Both the position numbers and the translations under genes were made by a program. The notes under the pieces were generated by a model. The model ran no database searches, was not told the origin of the DNA, and saw nothing but the letters and a program-made list of their open reading frames with translations. Source: a virus (lineage: Duplodnaviria; Caudoviricetes). From it: DNA of 64,000 bases. This document shows, piece after piece, positions 60,103 to 64,000 of the stretch (its first letter is position 1; every line of letters begins with the position of its first letter). Where the stretch lies: IMG/VR virus record IMGVR_UViG_3300034061_004392, positions 1,773-65,772 of that record; one strand, written 5' to 3'.

Positions 60103-61092
60103 TTAGTGTGCCCAAACATCACCCCAATCGCCAGCTAGAGCACCTTTTGCATAGTCTGTTGCTCTATTTTCAAAGAAGTTGGTGTGTGTTGGTGCGTTAA
60201 TCATTTCTTCTACCCAAGGTAGAGGATTTCTTTTGACTTTATTGATACCTTTTAGACCAAGAGAAATTAATCTTCGGTCAGCAATATAACGAATGTACAT
60301 TTTCACATCATTTGCAGATAAGCCTTCAATACCTCCAGTGTTAAATGCAAGGTCAATAAACTTATCTTCAAGTTCAACCATCGTTTCTGCAATTTTATAA
60401 ATTTGAGACTTCAAGTGATCATTCCATATTTCTTTATTTTCTTCAATATAGGTACGGAACAATTTAATCATAGACTCGGCATGTTGTGTTTCATCTACAA
60501 TTGACCATGTAACAATCTGACCCATACCTTTCATCTTACCTTGGCGTGGGAAGTTAAGTAGCATGATAAAGGAACTGAATAATTGCATCCCTTCGGTGAA
60601 AGCAGAGAATACTGCAATATTAGTAGCAGTAGTAACAGCATTGCTATTCTGTGAGCTAATATCAAGGATGTAATTATGTTTTTCACGCATAGCCTCATAT
60701 TCTAAAAATTCATTGTATGTAGTTTCAGGCAAGCCTAGTGTTTCAATTAGATGTGAATATGCAGCAATATGTAATGCTTCTCTTGCAGCAAAGCCAGCTA
60801 ACATCATTCTTACTTCAGGCTGAGGGAAATAAGGTAGGTAATTATTAACATAGCCACCTGCAACATCAATGTCACCCTGAGTAAAAAATCTGAATATATG
60901 AGTGAGAAAGTTTTTCTCAGAATCAGTAAGTTTCTTTTTCCAATCCTTGACATCCTCAAGCATCGGGACTTCAGTGTGTAACCAGTGTGATTGTTCATGC
61001 TTTAACCAAGCTTCGTATGCCCAAGGGTAATTAAAAGGTTTAAAGTAATTTCTATTTTCTGTTAGTTTTTGTTGTGGTGCTTTTTTGATCAT
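60103..61092 (-). CDS. nrdB: Ribonucleotide reductase class Ia beta subunit
   Basis: KPF.YPWA; HW...EVP...D; FFTQGD; EA.H..AY; EG..LFSSF; DE..H; NFFE.R.T.Y. Confidence 0.96.
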   Translation of the reverse strand: MIKKAPQQKLTENRNYFKPFNYPWAYEAWLKHEQSHWLHTEVPMLEDVKDWKKKLTDSEKNFLTHIFRFFTQGDIDVAGGYVNNYLPYFPQPEVRMMLAGFAAREALHIAAYSHLIETLGLPETTYNEFLEYEAMREKHNYILDISSQNSNAVTTATNIAVFSAFTEGMQLFSSFIMLLNFPRQGKMKGMGQIVTWSIVDETQHAESMIKLFRTYIEENKEIWNDHLKSQIYKIAETMVELEDKFIDLAFNTGGIEGLSANDVKMYIRYIADRRLISLGLKGINKVKRNPLPWVEEMINAPTHTNFFENRATDYAKGALAGDWGDVWAH

Positions 61093-61105
61093 TTATTTTT
61101 GTCCT

Positions 61106-61741
61106 CTATTCATACATTACTGTTTCTGTGTCGCCCAAGCTCCATTTTGGATTTTGTTCAACGACATATTTCTTTGTGCAAACTTTAAAGTCTGGAAACT
61201 TTAGTTGCTTTGGATTACTTGCTGCATCCAAGAATAAACAACGGTTGTTTGGTTGTGCAGCATACTGCCCATTGTCTAGTTCAATAAAATTATAACTTTT
61301 ATGATCTTCAGGCCACTCAGCATAACTCGTATCTATAATGTTCAAATCGGGTGCAGAATGATCAACAGTGAAAAGATAATTACCAGAATAAAATTGTTTA
61401 TCTTTTGCATAGAACTTTGCTGTAAGATTTCTCAGAAAAGCTTTTTGTATAACAGTAAAGTCATAACTAAAACAATCCCAGATTTGCAGTGTATCTAAAG
61501 GTAAAAAAGTCTGTGTTTCAAGATTTTCCTTGCGTGATACAAACGCATGGAGAGGTAGTTTGTCATAAAGTGCGCCATAGTTCGGTAAGTAACTTTCTAT
61601 TCTAAATGCTTGACCACGAATACTTTTAATTGATACCCATATACAAGGTTCATATTCCCCATGACCTTTCTCAAAGTCATAAAGAAACTCTTTACGAATA
61701 TAACAATGAATCGGTGGTATGTTTGCTACTAAATGTGCCAT
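61106..61741 (-). CDS. Conserved hypothetical protein
   Basis: AN.P....IRKEFLYD..GHGE; GA..DKLP; WDCFSY; LDNGQ.AAQPNNR. Confidence 0.7.
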   Translation of the reverse strand: MAHLVANIPPIHCYIRKEFLYDFEKGHGEYEPCIWVSIKSIRGQAFRIESYLPNYGALYDKLPLHAFVSRKENLETQTFLPLDTLQIWDCFSYDFTVIQKAFLRNLTAKFYAKDKQFYSGNYLFTVDHSAPDLNIIDTSYAEWPEDHKSYNFIELDNGQYAAQPNNRCLFLDAASNPKQLKFPDFKVCTKKYVVEQNPKWSLGDTETVMYE

Positions 61742-61742
61742 T

Positions 61743-62387
61743 TTATTTTTCCATTAGCTTGTTAACAAAATTAAGCAAAAGCTTATGATGCTTGCCGTCA
61801 TGATATTTTCCTTTCATCCAACTATAAGAATTATACCAATGAACTTCACTTTCAGGATGACATCCTATTATACCTATGTTGTTTTGTATGACAGCCATAG
61901 GATCACCATTCATATACCTTGCTAATGTTTCAAATTTACTTTCATCACCAGTGATTGTACAACCATCGTAGAAATACATTCTTTCTAATTGGTCTTCCCA
62001 CAATACTTGCAAATGTTTAGCATGTGGTCGTTTTGTGTCTGTGTTTGGTCTTTTGATGTATTGTACGGCGTTACAATCATCAGATAAAAAATTAAAATAA
62101 TATGAGCTGGCCCAATAACCGCCCATGCATATTCCGAGATACTTACCACCTGATTGTACAAATCTGGTGATACAATCAGTGTTATTGGCAAAGCACATAT
62201 CAAACTTACTAGCATCACCAAATCCACCAGGTATACACAGCATATCAACATCATCAAAGAAGTCGGTTTCAAGTTCATGTTTAGTAAATATTTTAAATCT
62301 ATAATAAGGAGTTAAAGCTTTCATTATACCATTGCCCGATTGCACCGAGCAATATGGCTGATGCATAAACATAGCAACAGTTTTCAT
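61743..62387 (-). CDS. Class I glutamine-amidotransferase-like protein (BPL N-terminal-like)
   Basis: PGG.G; GGKYLGICMG (nucleophile elbow); HPE. Confidence 0.75.
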   Translation of the reverse strand: MKTVAMFMHQPYCSVQSGNGIMKALTPYYRFKIFTKHELETDFFDDVDMLCIPGGFGDASKFDMCFANNTDCITRFVQSGGKYLGICMGGYWASSYYFNFLSDDCNAVQYIKRPNTDTKRPHAKHLQVLWEDQLERMYFYDGCTITGDESKFETLARYMNGDPMAVIQNNIGIIGCHPESEVHWYNSYSWMKGKYHDGKHHKLLLNFVNKLMEK

Positions 62388-64000
62388 TATCCCTCACAAG
62401 CAATACAATCATTCCCTTGTGCAATTTGTGTCATATCTAGTTCTTTAATTACTTGTCTTTCAATTCGTTTTGATACTTTATCTGCTTTACCTATCTTTTC
62501 ACTTCTGCAATAATATAGTGTCTTTAGGCCTTTCTTCCATGCCATAAAATGAATAGCATGAATATATTTGATATGTGCATCTGGTCTAAAGAATAGGTTT
62601 AGAGATTGTGCTTGATCAATATAGTTTTGTCTATCTGCTGCAAGATCAATCACCCAACGCTGATCAATTTCCATTGAAGTCTTAAATACTGCTTTTTCAT
62701 TTTCATCCAGAATATCTAAATGCTGAACTGAACCATCATTTGCAATAATACTCGACCATATATCATTATATTCTTGTTCATCAGTTATTTTGGATTTGAT
62801 GAGTTGATCGAGCCATCTGTTCTTGTTGAGATAAGCACCAGAGAGAGTATCTTGCCTGTAAGCATTAGCACGATAAGGCTCGATGCTTGGGCTAGTGTTC
62901 CCCATAATAATGGAACTAGAAGCATTTGGTGCGATAGCCATAAGATGAGAGAAACGACGACCGGTACCCACAGCATCGGGTGCTTCACCACGCTCTTTAC
63001 CGAGTTCAATATCTGCATTGTCTAGTCCTTGTCTTATGTGTTTGAAGATTCTATTGTTGGTGACTTTAGCCATGACTCCTTCGAAAGCAATATTATTGCG
63101 TTGGAGATAAGCGTGAAAGCCGAGAGCCCCAACCCCAATACTGCGTTCACGGGATGCAGAATACTTTGCACGGCTGATTGCATCAGGAGCGTTATCAATA
63201 AAATACTGTAGCACATTATCAAGCATCTCAGCAACATCTCTGAGGAATGTGGGTTCATTTTTCCATTCATCATAAGTCTCCAAGTTCAATGAAGATAAAC
63301 AACATACGGCTGTTCGTTCTTCGTCAGTAGGTAAAATAATTTCACTGCAAAGATTTGATTGATGTACTTTCAATCCTTTGTTCTTTAGGAATTCAGGTAG
63401 ATGTTTGTTGCTTGTATCAATGTAATGAATGTATGGCTCACCAGTATGCATTCTTAATTCTAGAATCATTTGCCACAAATGTTTTGCTGATACGATTTCT
63501 CTCACTTCACCTGTATGTGGATCTTTGAGTTCCCAGTCATCATTAGCATTTGGATCTAACATGCAGTTTTCAATGATGCTCATGAAATCATCGGTGATAT
63601 TAATTCCGTGATGTAAATTTAGGCAACGAACATTAGGGTCACCTGTTGGTTTACGCATTTCTAAGAAAGCAATGATATCAGGATGACTGACATCGAGGTA
63701 AGCAGCATACGAACCACGGCGTGTTCGTCCTTGGCGATAAGCCAATGATGAAGCATCATAAATTTTGAGGTGCGGCATGACCCCTGTTGACTTATCATCA
63801 GCAGAGCGGATACCGAAACCAATACCAACACCGCCGCCGAGCATACTAAGCCAATTTGTTTCAGATAGATTATCAACTAGTCCCTCCGCAGTATCTTCAA
63901 TGTAGTTGAGAAAACAAGATATAGGCATTCCACGCTTAGAACGACCAAAAGAAAGAATAGGCGTAGAATAAGATAGCCAGTGTCTACTACTATATTCATA
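62387..64000 (-). CDS. nrdA: Ribonucleotide reductase class Ia alpha subunit (5' end outside window)
   Basis: Frame open to the window edge (..STPILSFGRSKRGMPISCF); GGGVG; QG..RRG; SNLCSEI; AIAPNASSS; DQAQS.N; KTLYY; C-terminal CIACEG. Confidence 0.97.
   Translation of the reverse strand, partial: YEYSSRHWLSYSTPILSFGRSKRGMPISCFLNYIEDTAEGLVDNLSETNWLSMLGGGVGIGFGIRSADDKSTGVMPHLKIYDASSLAYRQGRTRRGSYAAYLDVSHPDIIAFLEMRKPTGDPNVRCLNLHHGINITDDFMSIIENCMLDPNANDDWELKDPHTGEVREIVSAKHLWQMILELRMHTGEPYIHYIDTSNKHLPEFLKNKGLKVHQSNLCSEIILPTDEERTAVCCLSSLNLETYDEWKNEPTFLRDVAEMLDNVLQYFIDNAPDAISRAKYSASRERSIGVGALGFHAYLQRNNIAFEGVMAKVTNNRIFKHIRQGLDNADIELGKERGEAPDAVGTGRRFSHLMAIAPNASSSIIMGNTSPSIEPYRANAYRQDTLSGAYLNKNRWLDQLIKSKITDEQEYNDIWSSIIANDGSVQHLDILDENEKAVFKTSMEIDQRWVIDLAADRQNYIDQAQSLNLFFRPDAHIKYIHAIHFMAWKKGLKTLYYCRSEKIGKADKVSKRIERQVIKELDMTQIAQGNDCIACEG

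Noticed and set aside
948-63876. Numerous short antisense or alternative-frame ORFs in the ORF track (e.g. 948, 2375, 13244, 30641, 44535, 62774)
   Set aside because: They lie inside well-supported genes on the opposite strand or frame and have no recognisable motifs.
60103-64000. Introns or inteins in nrdA/nrdB
   Set aside because: Both frames are continuous with normal motif spacing in the part visible.

Overview
A 64-kb segment of a large, AT-rich T4-like myophage genome with cyanophage-type gene order. The host is probably an aquatic proteobacterium (a betaproteobacterium is suggested by pqqA, pstS, the OprO/P porin and a permuted tmRNA; this is inference). From left to right: (1) baseplate and tail module (gp7, gp6, gp25, gp5, hub, gp53, gp48, gp4, gp2, gp54, gp26/gp51, two tape-measure-like paralogs); (2) gp32, gp59 and gp33 with an inserted endonuclease; (3) an auxiliary block with rubrerythrin, an unannotated pqqA peptide and a two-piece (circularly permuted) tmRNA; (4) a 2OG-Fe(II) oxygenase cluster beside a Gly-rich protein; (5) phoH and a phosphate operon (pstS, OprO/P porin, PlcP-like phospholipase, GT2); (6) a ~20-kb hypervariable region of small ORFs containing at least 12 repeated sigma70 promoter cassettes; (7) sugar-nucleotide genes, a VWA protein, a DNA methyltransferase, RNase H, nrdB and nrdA. 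Notable elements missing from the ORF track are the putative -1 frameshift joining gp26 to gp51, pqqA, the permuted tmRNA and the promoter-cassette array. All protein calls come from motif recognition and synteny by eye; no database searches were run.
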